A stretch of 64,000 nucleotides of DNA from an uncultured Dehalococcoidia bacterium (GCA_964406605.1 CAYOSF010000010.1:117840-181839), one strand, 5' to 3'; numbered from the stretch's first letter, positions 9,571-18,697 are shown. Notes: a model not told the origin generated them from the letters alone. A program made the numbers and translations.

Positions 9571-10887
9571 ATGAGAAAGTCCTTTCCGGTCACAGCGCTT
9601 CTTGTCGCCGCTGCGGCGGCCGGTTCGTTGCTGCTGTGGGCATGTGGCGGAGACTCGGAACAGCGGGGACAGCAGACCGCTCCGACGATGCTCGGGACGC
9701 CGGTCGTGACGGCAACCCCCGACGCGCGCGCCGGCCAGAGCGCTTCGGAGCGGCTCATCCAGCCGGGCGATCTGGTGTACGTGGGGGCGTTCCGGCTGCC
9801 GGACGGGCCGGAGGAGATCGGTTGGTACTACAGCGGCGCCGCCATGACCTACTACCCGGACGGCGATCCGGACGGCCCGGCCGACGGCTACCCGGGTTCG
9901 ATCTTCGGGACCGGGCACGACTGGAACCAGTACGTCTCGGAGATCAGCATCCCCGTTCCCGTCCTCTCGCCGGACAAGGACGTGGCTGACCTCAACACCG
10001 CGACCACGTTGCAGGACTTCCACGACATCCGGGGCGACCTGTTCGGTGAGTTCGAGATCCCGCGTGTCGGGCTCGAGTACCTGCTGGCGCAGGGCGGGCA
10101 GACGGAAGGCAAGCTCTACTTCTGCTGGGCGCAGCACATGGGCGAGGGCGACACCAACGCTTCCCATGGCTGGAGCAACCTCGACCTTTCCGACCCCGAG
10201 AGCGCCGGGCCATGGCGCATCGGAGACTACTGGAACTACGTCACCACCGACTACATCTTCGCCATTCCCCAGGACTGGGCGGACGTCAATACGCCGGGGA
10301 TGTACCTCGCCACGGGCCGCTTCCGCGACGGCGGCCAGGGCGCGCGGGGACCGTCGCTCTTCGCCTACGGACCGTGGAACGAGGGCGACCCGCCCGCGCC
10401 GGGCAGCACGCTTCCGGCCGTCCCGCTGCTCCTGTACACGGATGTCACCGCCGCTGATGGGTACACCTTGGACGGCTACCACCATTCCGACGAATGGTCC
10501 GGCGGCGCATGGCTCACCGCGGGCGAGAAGTCGGCCGTGATCTTCGTCGGCACCAAAGGACGGGGGGAGTGCTGGTACGGGAACGCGGACGGCCCGTGTC
10601 TCGACTGCGAGGACAGAGGCTGGTGGTCCGACGCCTTCGTCGGGCAGATGCTCTTCTACGATCCCGCCGATCTGGCCGCGGTGGCCGCAGGCGAAAAGGA
10701 GAGCTACCAGCCTCAGCCGTACGCGACGCTGGGCATCGATGAGTACCTGTATCACGTGGAGTCCACCCAGCAGTTGCATCACGTGGGCGCGGCGGGCTTC
10801 GACCGCGAGCGGGGTCTGCTGTACGTCTTCGAACCGCTGGCCGACGGCGACAAGTCTCTGATACACGTCTGGAGGGTGCAGGGATGA
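9571..10887 (+). CDS. Lipoprotein of unknown function (438 aa)
   Basis: It has a signal peptide and lipobox (LLLWAC) and a long GC3-rich ORF. Its 3' end and signal region are re-used in the remnant at 18299..18544. Confidence 0.7.
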   Translation: MRKSFPVTALLVAAAAAGSLLLWACGGDSEQRGQQTAPTMLGTPVVTATPDARAGQSASERLIQPGDLVYVGAFRLPDGPEEIGWYYSGAAMTYYPDGDPDGPADGYPGSIFGTGHDWNQYVSEISIPVPVLSPDKDVADLNTATTLQDFHDIRGDLFGEFEIPRVGLEYLLAQGGQTEGKLYFCWAQHMGEGDTNASHGWSNLDLSDPESAGPWRIGDYWNYVTTDYIFAIPQDWADVNTPGMYLATGRFRDGGQGARGPSLFAYGPWNEGDPPAPGSTLPAVPLLLYTDVTAADGYTLDGYHHSDEWSGGAWLTAGEKSAVIFVGTKGRGECWYGNADGPCLDCEDRGWWSDAFVGQMLFYDPADLAAVAAGEKESYQPQPYATLGIDEYLYHVESTQQLHHVGAAGFDRERGLLYVFEPLADGDKSLIHVWRVQG

Positions 10888-11040
10888 AGCTCCCTGGATG
10901 GCATGCGCCCGGCGTGCTACCCTCCGCGTGCGACCTCGACGGCAGGGTGCGGGCATGACCGCCCGGGAAGGTGGAGCGATGCGAGGCAAGAGACTTCTTT
11001 GGTGCGCGGTCCTGGTGCTGGCTGCCCTGGCGCTCGCCGC
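10606..11040 (+). repeat. Direct repeat copy A (3' end of 9571..10887, the intergenic spacer, and the first ~20 codons of a lipoprotein gene)
   Basis: 10606-10678 aligns with 18428-18500. 10844-11040 aligns with 18501-18697. I count 11 mismatches in 270 aligned nt. Confidence 0.85.
10979..11040 (+). pseudogene. 5' fragment (signal peptide only) of a paralog of the lipoprotein gene 18636..19511
   Basis: MRGKRLLWCAVLVLAALALAA matches the start of 18636..19511 (MRGKRFLWCAVLVLAALALAA). Similarity stops at 11040, and the downstream frame is Arg/Ser-rich nonsense. Confidence 0.55.
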
Positions 11041-11165
11041 GGGCGCGCCGTCGCCGACGCATCCGGCGACGTCTTCGCATTCCTTCCGCCGCTCGAGCTG
11101 CAGGCGACGCCAAGGCCCAGAAGAGCGGAAGCGACGAGGATGGAGGGTATGGCAAGGATCCTCAC
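11041..11165 (-). pseudogene. 5' fragment of a lipoprotein gene truncated at the rearrangement junction
   Basis: The GTG at 11165 lies 3 nt after AGGAGGAGG. It encodes VRILAIPSILVASALLGLGVACSSSGG (signal peptide plus lipobox). After ~41 codons the frame runs antisense into the opposing signal-peptide fragment. Confidence 0.4.
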
Positions 11166-11175
11166 AGGCCTCCTC

Positions 11176-11745
11176 CTAACGGCGTCTCCGCGCGACCCGT
11201 AGCCCGGCGAAGGCCAGCACGACGGCGGCCGGCACGGCGAATGCGACAGGCAGGACGCCGCCGGGGTTGATTGGCCTGCGTTCCTGGACATGAATATGCA
11301 TCACGGGGCTCGACACCGCCGGGCCGGAAGCAGCCAGCTCCGGCGATTTCGGGAGGACGACAACGTGCGCGCCGACGTCACCGTTCACCACCGACTTCAC
11401 GGTCCAGGACCGGACCGCCGACGAATGCGGCGCGATGGAGCCCACCTCGATCTTGCGGTCCGAGGCCCAGTCTTCGGGGTCGACGTACGTCGTGCGGTCG
11501 AGCGCGACGAGCTCGATCGACGCAATCAATGTGCCCGTCGCGGAGTCGTTGTTGTTCGAGATCGTGGCGCTCAGTTCAAAGCTGTCGCCCAGTTGCGTTG
11601 ACACGCTGGACATGTCGAGCGACACGGTCACGTCGCCGAGCGGGGGCTGCTGCGCCGCCGCGGAGCCTGCCCAACGTACTCTGACGAAACCGCACGCGCA
11701 CAGCAAGACGATGGCCAGGACGGCACGGCCGATCCAGCCGGTCAT
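11176..11745 (-). CDS. Exported protein with an N-terminal signal/anchor and a C-terminal TM anchor, ABC-2 operon partner
   Basis: The ATG at 11745 overlaps the upstream permease stop (ATGA). It encodes 189 aa. The C-terminal hydrophobic helix is followed by RRRR. Confidence 0.6.
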   Translation of the reverse strand: MTGWIGRAVLAIVLLCACGFVRVRWAGSAAAQQPPLGDVTVSLDMSSVSTQLGDSFELSATISNNNDSATGTLIASIELVALDRTTYVDPEDWASDRKIEVGSIAPHSSAVRSWTVKSVVNGDVGAHVVVLPKSPELAASGPAVSSPVMHIHVQERRPINPGGVLPVAFAVPAAVVLAFAGLRVARRRR

Positions 11746-12554
11746 GAGCGAAATCCCCCACGTAGTCTGAGCTGGCTCGCGAGCAGGAAGACCAACGCGA
11801 TACCAAGAGCCGCGGCGATCGCCGGTGACCAGAGCCAGTCCAGGCCCTGTCCGAATGTGTGATCGCGGACGACGATCCCTCGGACGTATTCGGCGGCGGC
11901 CGTGACGGGGTTGGCGCGGTCTAGTAGGCCTCCCAGCCAGCCCTTGAACGTCAGCTGTGTGGGCGCCGCGAGCGCGACGAAGACGAAGAAGCTGACCGCC
12001 AGGCTCAACCGGTTCGAACTGGAAAAGATGCTCACGATGAGACCGAGCGCGCAGAATGCGATTGTCAGGAGACTGCCCGTGAGGACCGCCACCACGATCG
12101 TCTCCGGGACGATGCCCAGTCCCCGCGCGAGCACCCAGATGTACGGGAAGGCGACCAGCATCAGCACCGGCCAGATGGAACCGGCGGCGATCAGCTTGCC
12201 CAGTGCGATGTGCCGACGAGATAGGGGCGTAAGCAGCAATGTCTCCATCGTCTCGCGCTCTCGTTCTCCGCTGATGGCGTCGGCGCTCAACAGAAGGCTC
12301 GCCGCGACGCCGATGCCCAACGTCATCTGCACGATCAGGTTGACGGTGTCGCGCTGATCGATGATGTTCAGGTCCTTGTTGTTCGCCGCCAGATAGGCGA
12401 GGAAGCTCAACAGCAAGCTGAAGCCAAGGGCAATGCTTGGCCCGCGCGCGGACAGCCACAAGTCGCGCAGCTCCTGGCCCGCGACAATGAGCCAGCCGAG
12501 CCGTGGTGCCGACATCGGTCGATCTCGCGGTTCAGCCATACTGAGCGAGGTCAC
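11742..12554 (-). CDS. ABC-2-type transporter permease
   Basis: It has six predicted TM helices and the ABC-2 permease architecture. A GTGA overlap links it to the upstream ATPase gene. Confidence 0.8.
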   Translation of the reverse strand: MTSLSMAEPRDRPMSAPRLGWLIVAGQELRDLWLSARGPSIALGFSLLLSFLAYLAANNKDLNIIDQRDTVNLIVQMTLGIGVAASLLLSADAISGERERETMETLLLTPLSRRHIALGKLIAAGSIWPVLMLVAFPYIWVLARGLGIVPETIVVAVLTGSLLTIAFCALGLIVSIFSSSNRLSLAVSFFVFVALAAPTQLTFKGWLGGLLDRANPVTAAAEYVRGIVVRDHTFGQGLDWLWSPAIAAALGIALVFLLASQLRLRGGFRS

Positions 12555-13510
12555 AAATTCGCCTCCCCGGTGAGCGCGAAGAAGGCGTCACTGAGCCGGC
12601 CCCCCTCGAGCTCGTAGGAGAGCACGGGCACATCCGCCTCCAGCAGCGCCTTCAGGGCGTCCTTGCCGGCAACCGCCTTGTCCGCGTCGGTCACGCGGCC
12701 ATCGAACGCGATGACAAACACGTCGCGTTCCTCTCCGGGCCTCACCAGGATCCCCTTGACCGCGCGCAGTGCCGCCGCTGCCCTTTCATGGAGACCACGA
12801 GGCACGCGCACGTTGGCTCCTCCGGTCGCTGCTTCCCGCTTGATCTCGTCGATGGTCCCCTGCGCTACGACGGCGCCCCGGTGCATGATGATCGCTCGCG
12901 CGCAGACCCCCTCCACTTCGTCAAGAAAGTGGGTGCTCAGGATCACCGCGGCGCCTCGGTGCTGGGCGACCTGGCGAATGAGCGCGAGTATCTGGCGCTG
13001 CCCGCCCGGGTCGAGGCCGAGGGTCGGCTCATCGAGGAAGATCACTTCCGGCTCGTTGACGAGCGCCCGCGCGACGCCGAGGCGCTGGCGCATCCCCCGG
13101 CTGTACGTTCCGATCGTCGATGTGGCTCGCTCCTCGAGGCCAACTTCGGCGAGGAGGGCGGAAGCGATCTCGTTCGCGCGCTTCGCGGAATGTCCGTACA
13201 GGCGCCCGTGGTACCGGATGAATTCCTCGCCTGTCTGGTGGAGGGGATAGCCCGCGCTTTCGGGCAGCACGCCGACCCGCTGCCGGATGCTGGCCGCCTT
13301 GGTGTGAGGTATGCCGGCTATGCGGAACGAGCCCCGGGTGGGCGTGAGGATAGTGGTGAGAACGCGGATCGCGGTCGTCTTGCCGGCGCCGTTCGGACCG
13401 AGGAGCCCTATCACCTCACCGGCGTTCGCGTCAAAGGACAAGTCGCGCACTGCCGTGAACGAACCGTAGGACCGAGCCAGGGAATGCGCCTCCAGAATCG
13501 CGCTGGTCAC
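12551..13510 (-). CDS. ABC transporter ATP-binding protein
   Basis: Walker A (GPNGAGKTT), YSRGMRQR signature, Walker B (IFLDEPTLGLD) and an H-loop are present. I prefer the GTG at 13510, which is GAGAGG-preceded. The alternative start is the ATG at 13549. Confidence 0.9.
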   Translation of the reverse strand: MTSAILEAHSLARSYGSFTAVRDLSFDANAGEVIGLLGPNGAGKTTAIRVLTTILTPTRGSFRIAGIPHTKAASIRQRVGVLPESAGYPLHQTGEEFIRYHGRLYGHSAKRANEIASALLAEVGLEERATSTIGTYSRGMRQRLGVARALVNEPEVIFLDEPTLGLDPGGQRQILALIRQVAQHRGAAVILSTHFLDEVEGVCARAIIMHRGAVVAQGTIDEIKREAATGGANVRVPRGLHERAAAALRAVKGILVRPGEERDVFVIAFDGRVTDADKAVAGKDALKALLEADVPVLSYELEGGRLSDAFFALTGEANL

Positions 13511-13660
13511 GTCGTCGATACCTCTCGGGCCAGTGTGACAGACGCACATGAAGCCATCATGAAGCCGCGCGGTCGGCCTAGCGAATCGCCTGCAGGCAGC
13601 GGCCGGATCGCAGATCCAACGAGAGGTCCCGGGCCAGCCGAGGCGAGGTGACTCGGAGCC

Positions 13661-16324
13661 TCAGAGCCCCCGGATGGTTTCCAGCACCGATCGGGCAGCC
13701 AATCGCGTCATGATCTGCGAGCTACCGGCCGCGGCGAGGACGACGGCCAGCGCGACTGCACCGAGATACGGCCAGGGCATGACCATATGGTCGGGAGGTG
13801 GATCGAACACGCCGGTCAGCAGCTTCACCAAGATGCGCGCGATCGCCCAGCCAAGCGCCGCTCCGAACACGCCGCCTCCCATCAGCATGACCAGGGCCTC
13901 GCTCCAAACGAAGGCACCGAGCTGCCGCGGCCGCGCACCCAGCGCAACGACGATCGCCCAGGTTCGCCGGCGCTCCTCAAGGCCGAGGGCCAGCACGAGC
14001 CCGGACCCGGCGGCGGCCAGAACCACCGCGAACACGAGCTCAATTCGCGTCAGGCCGTGCAAGCTTACGGCGGTCAGGCTGGAGTTCGTTTGACGGCGCG
14101 CCTCTTCGATGTCGCGGACGGTGGCGCCCGATGTTGGACCCAACAGTTGACGCACCGCGGCGGCGACGTCCGCCGGCGTCCTGTTGGTCCGTATCAGCAG
14201 CGTCTCCACGGCTGGAGAAGCTGTCTGTTGCGCTACGTAGTCGGCGTTGGCGACCAGGAATGAGTCACTCGGCGCAGTCGGGAACTCACGGACGATGCCG
14301 AGATAGTGGAACGGCACCACGCGGTACTGACTGTCCGCCGCACTCTGTAGGCGGAGCTGGACAAGATCACCGGGCTGCAGCTGGAAGTCACGTACGGTCT
14401 CCGCCGAGACCAGCACACCGTCCGGCGTCGTCGCCAGCGCCGCGAGAGTCCTGTCCGCGCTGCCACCGGCGAAGAGGGCATCAGTCAGACGGGTCGCGCG
14501 GCCGATGCTTCCCGGTCGGATGCCGTAGAGATCCTGCAGGTCGTTTCCAACGTACGCGAACCGATGCTGCATCGGCTCTACCGCGGAGACGCCGTCTACG
14601 CGGGCGATGTCTGGCAAGTGACCTGCCAGGTTGGCTGTCGCCGGCGCAGTGACTGTCACGTCCGCGCCGTTCGTTAGCTCGGCGTCCACGCGTGATTGGG
14701 CGCGGTACGTGGCATTGAAGATCGCCGTGGACATGGCAAACGCGATGGCAAGCGCGACCAAGATCGCGCCGGTCGCGAGAAGCATCCGTTGACGAGAGAG
14801 CGAGGCACCGACCAGCGACGAAAGGCGGTGCGCAATGGGACGAATGAGGGGGACATCGGTGCGCCCGTCTCGCGCCAGCAGCATGCGCGTCAGGCGGATG
14901 CAGAGCAACGACGCTCCCAGCCATACGAAGAGCGGTGCCAGCAAGGCCGTGTACGAAACTGAAACGCTGGGTACGCCCTCCGGGGCAACGACGACTTGGT
15001 AGCCGTTCCGAGCTGTGAGCCAATAGGCGAGCGCCGCTAGTCCGAGGAACAGGAAGTCTAAGCCCAACCGCTCCCAGAGCGGCGCCCCGCGGCGCCGCGG
15101 AACGGCTGCGCGGGAACGTACGAAGCTCACGCCGACGGCGTCGCGCCACGCGGGCAGGAGCACGGTTGTCAGCGCCAGGACGAGGCCACCACCGGCGGCG
15201 ATCCCGCCCCACAGGGGCGTCCCCAGCGCTCCGTTCCCAAAGCCCCATCGCCCAAACGTGTCATGCACTACCAGGCTGCCGAGGCCCAGACCCAGTACCG
15301 CGCCTCCCAGCCAGACGCAGAGCGCCTCGATGGATGCCAGCCCGGTGAGCGTGGCGACCGACGCGCCGCGCACGCGCAGCAGTGCCTGCTCGTGCCGTCT
15401 TCTGGTTGCCCCGGAAGAGATGAGCACCGCCGTTAGCAGTGCGCTCAGCAGGACGCCGGGTGTGCCGAGGAACAGGAACAGGACGAACGCGTAGAGTGCG
15501 TCTGACCGCGCCACGTCCAGCCGTGCCGCTAGGTTGTCTCCGACCGTCGCGCCACCGGCAAGCCGCGCCTCATAGTTGCGCGCCAGCCGCTGGATGGTCG
15601 TGAACGCGCTCGCCGGGTCGGCGGGCAAGTCGTGCACGAGCGCGACGTGGAGCTGCGTGTGCACGGAGCCGGGGCTCGCTTGCGCGCTGGGGGCAAAGAG
15701 CGCTTCCCAGCGGTCAAGGGGGAGCAGGAGGACGTTGTCCGGCGGTGCCTGCGGGCCGGCGCCAGGCGGCGCACCGACTTGCTGGAAAAAGGAGTCCGCG
15801 AGGGGCAGATCGACGATGCCGTCGACCGTGAGGTCGATGGCTGGCAACCCCGGACGTTTGACGGAGACCACCGTGCCGGGTTGCGCGTGTAGATTGGCCG
15901 CGGTCTGCTGGGCGAGGAGCACATCGCCCTGACCGACCAGAGTTCGGACCTCGCTCGGAAACGCTGCCTGATAGCCCGGCTGCAACCCAACAACTTTGCC
16001 GGCCCCCGTTGTCTGTACCGTCGCACCCGTGCGCGCCTCGAATCCAGGCGTGTCGAAATAGCCGACCCGGGAGAGACTGGTGTAACCCGGCAAGCGGCCG
16101 AGTTCTGCGATCGCCTGCTCCGCATTGGCCTGTGGGCCGAGCTGGACCTGCCAGTCGACAGCGACATCCGCGATCGCTTGGTCGGTCATCTTGGCCCTCG
16201 TCGATGCGAAGAAGCCGGCGAGGACGGCGACGAGCGCAATCGATACGGCGATGCCTGCCGTAGTTGCGGCGAGCCGTCCGGCGCGATGCCGCAGCAGACC
16301 GCGTAGCCAGATCAGATAGAGCAT
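13661..16324 (-). CDS. Large FtsX/MacB-type ABC permease with two FtsX-like halves
   Basis: It is ~887 aa with two 4-TM FtsX-like modules, each with a large extracytoplasmic loop. The ATG at 16324 overlaps the upstream ATPase 3' end. Confidence 0.85.
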   Translation of the reverse strand: MLYLIWLRGLLRHRAGRLAATTAGIAVSIALVAVLAGFFASTRAKMTDQAIADVAVDWQVQLGPQANAEQAIAELGRLPGYTSLSRVGYFDTPGFEARTGATVQTTGAGKVVGLQPGYQAAFPSEVRTLVGQGDVLLAQQTAANLHAQPGTVVSVKRPGLPAIDLTVDGIVDLPLADSFFQQVGAPPGAGPQAPPDNVLLLPLDRWEALFAPSAQASPGSVHTQLHVALVHDLPADPASAFTTIQRLARNYEARLAGGATVGDNLAARLDVARSDALYAFVLFLFLGTPGVLLSALLTAVLISSGATRRRHEQALLRVRGASVATLTGLASIEALCVWLGGAVLGLGLGSLVVHDTFGRWGFGNGALGTPLWGGIAAGGGLVLALTTVLLPAWRDAVGVSFVRSRAAVPRRRGAPLWERLGLDFLFLGLAALAYWLTARNGYQVVVAPEGVPSVSVSYTALLAPLFVWLGASLLCIRLTRMLLARDGRTDVPLIRPIAHRLSSLVGASLSRQRMLLATGAILVALAIAFAMSTAIFNATYRAQSRVDAELTNGADVTVTAPATANLAGHLPDIARVDGVSAVEPMQHRFAYVGNDLQDLYGIRPGSIGRATRLTDALFAGGSADRTLAALATTPDGVLVSAETVRDFQLQPGDLVQLRLQSAADSQYRVVPFHYLGIVREFPTAPSDSFLVANADYVAQQTASPAVETLLIRTNRTPADVAAAVRQLLGPTSGATVRDIEEARRQTNSSLTAVSLHGLTRIELVFAVVLAAAGSGLVLALGLEERRRTWAIVVALGARPRQLGAFVWSEALVMLMGGGVFGAALGWAIARILVKLLTGVFDPPPDHMVMPWPYLGAVALAVVLAAAGSSQIMTRLAARSVLETIRGL

Positions 16325-17001
16325 GCGTCGCTGACTGCCAGGTACCCGTCGGTCATGCGCCAAACCGCGTCGAGGCGTGTCGCTACGAGCGGGTCGTGCG
16401 TGGCGATCACCGCGGCGCTTCCGCCCGCTCGCAGCGCCTCGAGCAACGTCGACAAGACTTCCTGTGCCGTGGCGGAGTCGAGCTGGCCCGTCGGTTCATC
16501 CGCAAGGAGCAATGCCGGCCCCACCGCGAGCGCGCGGGCGATGGCGGCGCGCTGTGCCTGACCCCCGGAGATCTCTTCCGGGAACTTGTCTTGCAGGTGG
16601 GAGATCCGGAAGCGCGTCAACGCCTGGCCGGCAACGGCGTTCGAGCGCTTCTCCGAAAGACCGCTGAGCAGGAGCGGGAGGCGGACATTCTCGATGACCG
16701 AAAGTGGTGGCAGGAGACTGGGACCTTGAAAGATATCCACGATCTGGCTCGGACGAAGACTCTCGCGCGGGCCCAGGGAGGGCCAAGAAACGGATCCCGA
16801 CGTGGGATTGTCGAGGCCGCCGAGCAGGTGCAAGAGGGTGGACTTGCCGCTCCCACTCGGGCCGACGAGCGCGATGCGCTCGCCTGGGTAGATCATGCAG
16901 GAGGCCGGATGCACGGCTTCCGTCGCGCTGGCTCCCGAGCCGAAACGCCGGCTGATGTCGACGGCCAGCACCAGGGGCTCAACCATCCTCCAGCCGTCCA
17001 T
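16312..17001 (-). CDS. ABC transporter ATP-binding protein (MacB/LolD-like), second NBD gene
   Basis: GPSGSGKSTL, ISGGQAQR, LLLADEPTGQLD and ATHD motifs are present. It overlaps the preceding NBD gene. Confidence 0.9.
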   Translation of the reverse strand: MDGWRMVEPLVLAVDISRRFGSGASATEAVHPASCMIYPGERIALVGPSGSGKSTLLHLLGGLDNPTSGSVSWPSLGPRESLRPSQIVDIFQGPSLLPPLSVIENVRLPLLLSGLSEKRSNAVAGQALTRFRISHLQDKFPEEISGGQAQRAAIARALAVGPALLLADEPTGQLDSATAQEVLSTLLEALRAGGSAAVIATHDPLVATRLDAVWRMTDGYLAVSDACSI

Positions 17002-17647
17002 CGATGAGGTGGAGAACCCGGTCCGCCATTGCCGCGACGGATTGGCTGTGCGTCACGATCAAGTTCGCGCCGCCCCGGCGCGCCCGATCGCGAAGGACAT
17101 CCAGCACGCGCGCCTCGTTCGCCGCGTCCACTTCACCCGTCGGCTCGTCCGCCAGAAGAACCGGCGGGTCGCCGTTCATAGCCACCGCCAACCCCGCCCT
17201 CGCCAGCTCACCTCCGGAGAGGTGGGCCGGCAGCGCGTGCGAGCGACCGGCCAGACCAACGGCCCGAAGCGCTCGCTCCGCTTGGTCGGAGTGCGCCGCC
17301 TTTGTCCTGAGACAAGTTGCGAGCCGGGTGTTGTTTGCGGCAGAGAGATGCTCCAGAAGATTGCCCGACTGCAGCAGAATGCCGATATGGCGGCCGCGAA
17401 TCGCCGTTCGGACCGCTTCTGATCGACGCGTCATCCGCTCTCCCACGATAGCCACCCAGCCGCCGGTAGGCTCGTCCAGCCCAGACAGGCAGTTGATCAA
17501 CGTTGACTTGCCGCTGCCTGATGGGCCCATGATGGCGACCGTTTCACCTTCGCGCAGCATCAGTGAGACGCCGCGCAAAGCAAGCGTTTCGTCGTCGCCT
17601 GTGTGATAGAAGCGATAGAGATCGTGGGCCTCGAGGACGGCGTCCAT
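16979..17647 (-). CDS. ABC transporter ATP-binding protein (MacB/LolD-like), first NBD gene
   Basis: GPSGSGKSTL, LSGGE, VLLADEPTGEVD and VTHS motifs are present. An ATGA overlap links it to the upstream lipoprotein gene. Confidence 0.9.
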   Translation of the reverse strand: MDAVLEAHDLYRFYHTGDDETLALRGVSLMLREGETVAIMGPSGSGKSTLINCLSGLDEPTGGWVAIVGERMTRRSEAVRTAIRGRHIGILLQSGNLLEHLSAANNTRLATCLRTKAAHSDQAERALRAVGLAGRSHALPAHLSGGELARAGLAVAMNGDPPVLLADEPTGEVDAANEARVLDVLRDRARRGGANLIVTHSQSVAAMADRVLHLIDGRLEDG

Positions 17648-18276
17648 CAGCCCCAGGTCATGCTCTGCGAGATCAAGTTCCAGACATCAACGTTGTCCGA
17701 TCCCGCGGGCGCGGACAGCGAGAGCGCGACCATCTTGCCGTCCTTGAAGAATTCGTATCGGTCCGTTTCCAGCCGCGTCTGCTTGGCGGTGACCGGATCG
17801 GGTGCCGAGTTCGAGCGGTACCGGATCCGTATCGCGGGGCCGGCCGGGAGATCGAACGCGTCGACCTCCACCAGTTCGAACGCCTCGACCTGCTGCTGGA
17901 GGTGCGGTACATCGGTAGTCGTGGCGGTCTGGACCGTCGGCGCCGCGTCGCTGGCGGTGACATCCACGGTGATGCTGTCGAGCTTGTCTACGAAGCTCAC
18001 ATTCGGGCCGGATTCCCCACGCGCCCAACCTTCAGGAACCTGAATGCTGTAGCCGCCCGCTGTCGAGCGGTATGCAACAAACGCCTGGGAATCGGGGATG
18101 TCGCCGGGCGGGTTTGTCTCCGGCGCCACCGGGCTTGCCTGAGCCACAGCACCGGGAATTGAGGTGACGTCCGCCGTCCTCGCCGGAGCGCCTGACCTGC
18201 CCGAGCTGCATCCCACGAACAGCGCCAGCCCGAGGAGGCCAACCGAGAGCGCGATTTTCGATCCAATGTTTTGCAA
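17647..18276 (-). CDS. Lipoprotein, first gene of the FtsX-type ABC operon
   Basis: It has a signal peptide and lipobox (LALFVGC) and encodes 209 aa. I recognise no family. Confidence 0.65.
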   Translation of the reverse strand: MQNIGSKIALSVGLLGLALFVGCSSGRSGAPARTADVTSIPGAVAQASPVAPETNPPGDIPDSQAFVAYRSTAGGYSIQVPEGWARGESGPNVSFVDKLDSITVDVTASDAAPTVQTATTTDVPHLQQQVEAFELVEVDAFDLPAGPAIRIRYRSNSAPDPVTAKQTRLETDRYEFFKDGKMVALSLSAPAGSDNVDVWNLISQSMTWG

Positions 18277-18298
18277 GGGAATGTCTCCTTAGTGCGCA

Positions 18299-18544
18299 GT
18301 GACTGCATCTACCGTAGCTCTACGACATGAAGGGCAGATGAAGCGCTGGCGTTCCGCTGCCGTGGGTTCGTTGCTGCTGTGGGCCCGCGATGAGCGGGGT
18401 ACGGACCGGAGACTTGGTCTACGCGAGTGCGAGGACAGAGGTTGGTGGTCAGACACCTTCGTCGGGCAGATGCTCTTCTACGATCCCGCCGATCTGGCCG
18501 ACGGCGACAAGTCTCTGATACACGTCTGGAGGGTGCAAGGATGA
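18299..18544 (+). pseudogene. Collapsed remnant of a paralog of 9571..10887
   Basis: The 81-aa frame keeps AAVGSLLLWA (compare AAAGSLLLWA), CEDRGWWSD.FVGQMLFYDPADLA and DGDKSLIHVWRVQG from the 438-aa gene. Large internal parts are missing. Confidence 0.55.
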
Positions 18545-18697
18545 AGCTCCCTGGATGGCGCACGCCCGGCATGCTACCCTCCGCGTGCGACCTCGACGGC
18601 AGGGTGCGGGCATGACCGCCCGGGAAGGTGGAGCGATGCGAGGCAAGAGATTTCTTTGGTGCGCGGTCCTGGTTCTGGCCGCCCTGGCGCTCGCCGC
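18428..18697 (+). repeat. Direct repeat copy B
   Basis: It aligns with 10606-10678 plus 10844-11040. It lacks 165 nt relative to copy A, at a CTGGCCG microhomology. Confidence 0.85.

Noticed and set aside
10898-11202. The listed ORFs 10898..11179 and 10903..11202 as real genes.
   Set aside because: Only the first ~20 codons after the internal ATG at 10979 match the intact paralog at 18636. The rest is low-complexity and overlaps an opposing truncated gene. I treat it as a junction artefact.
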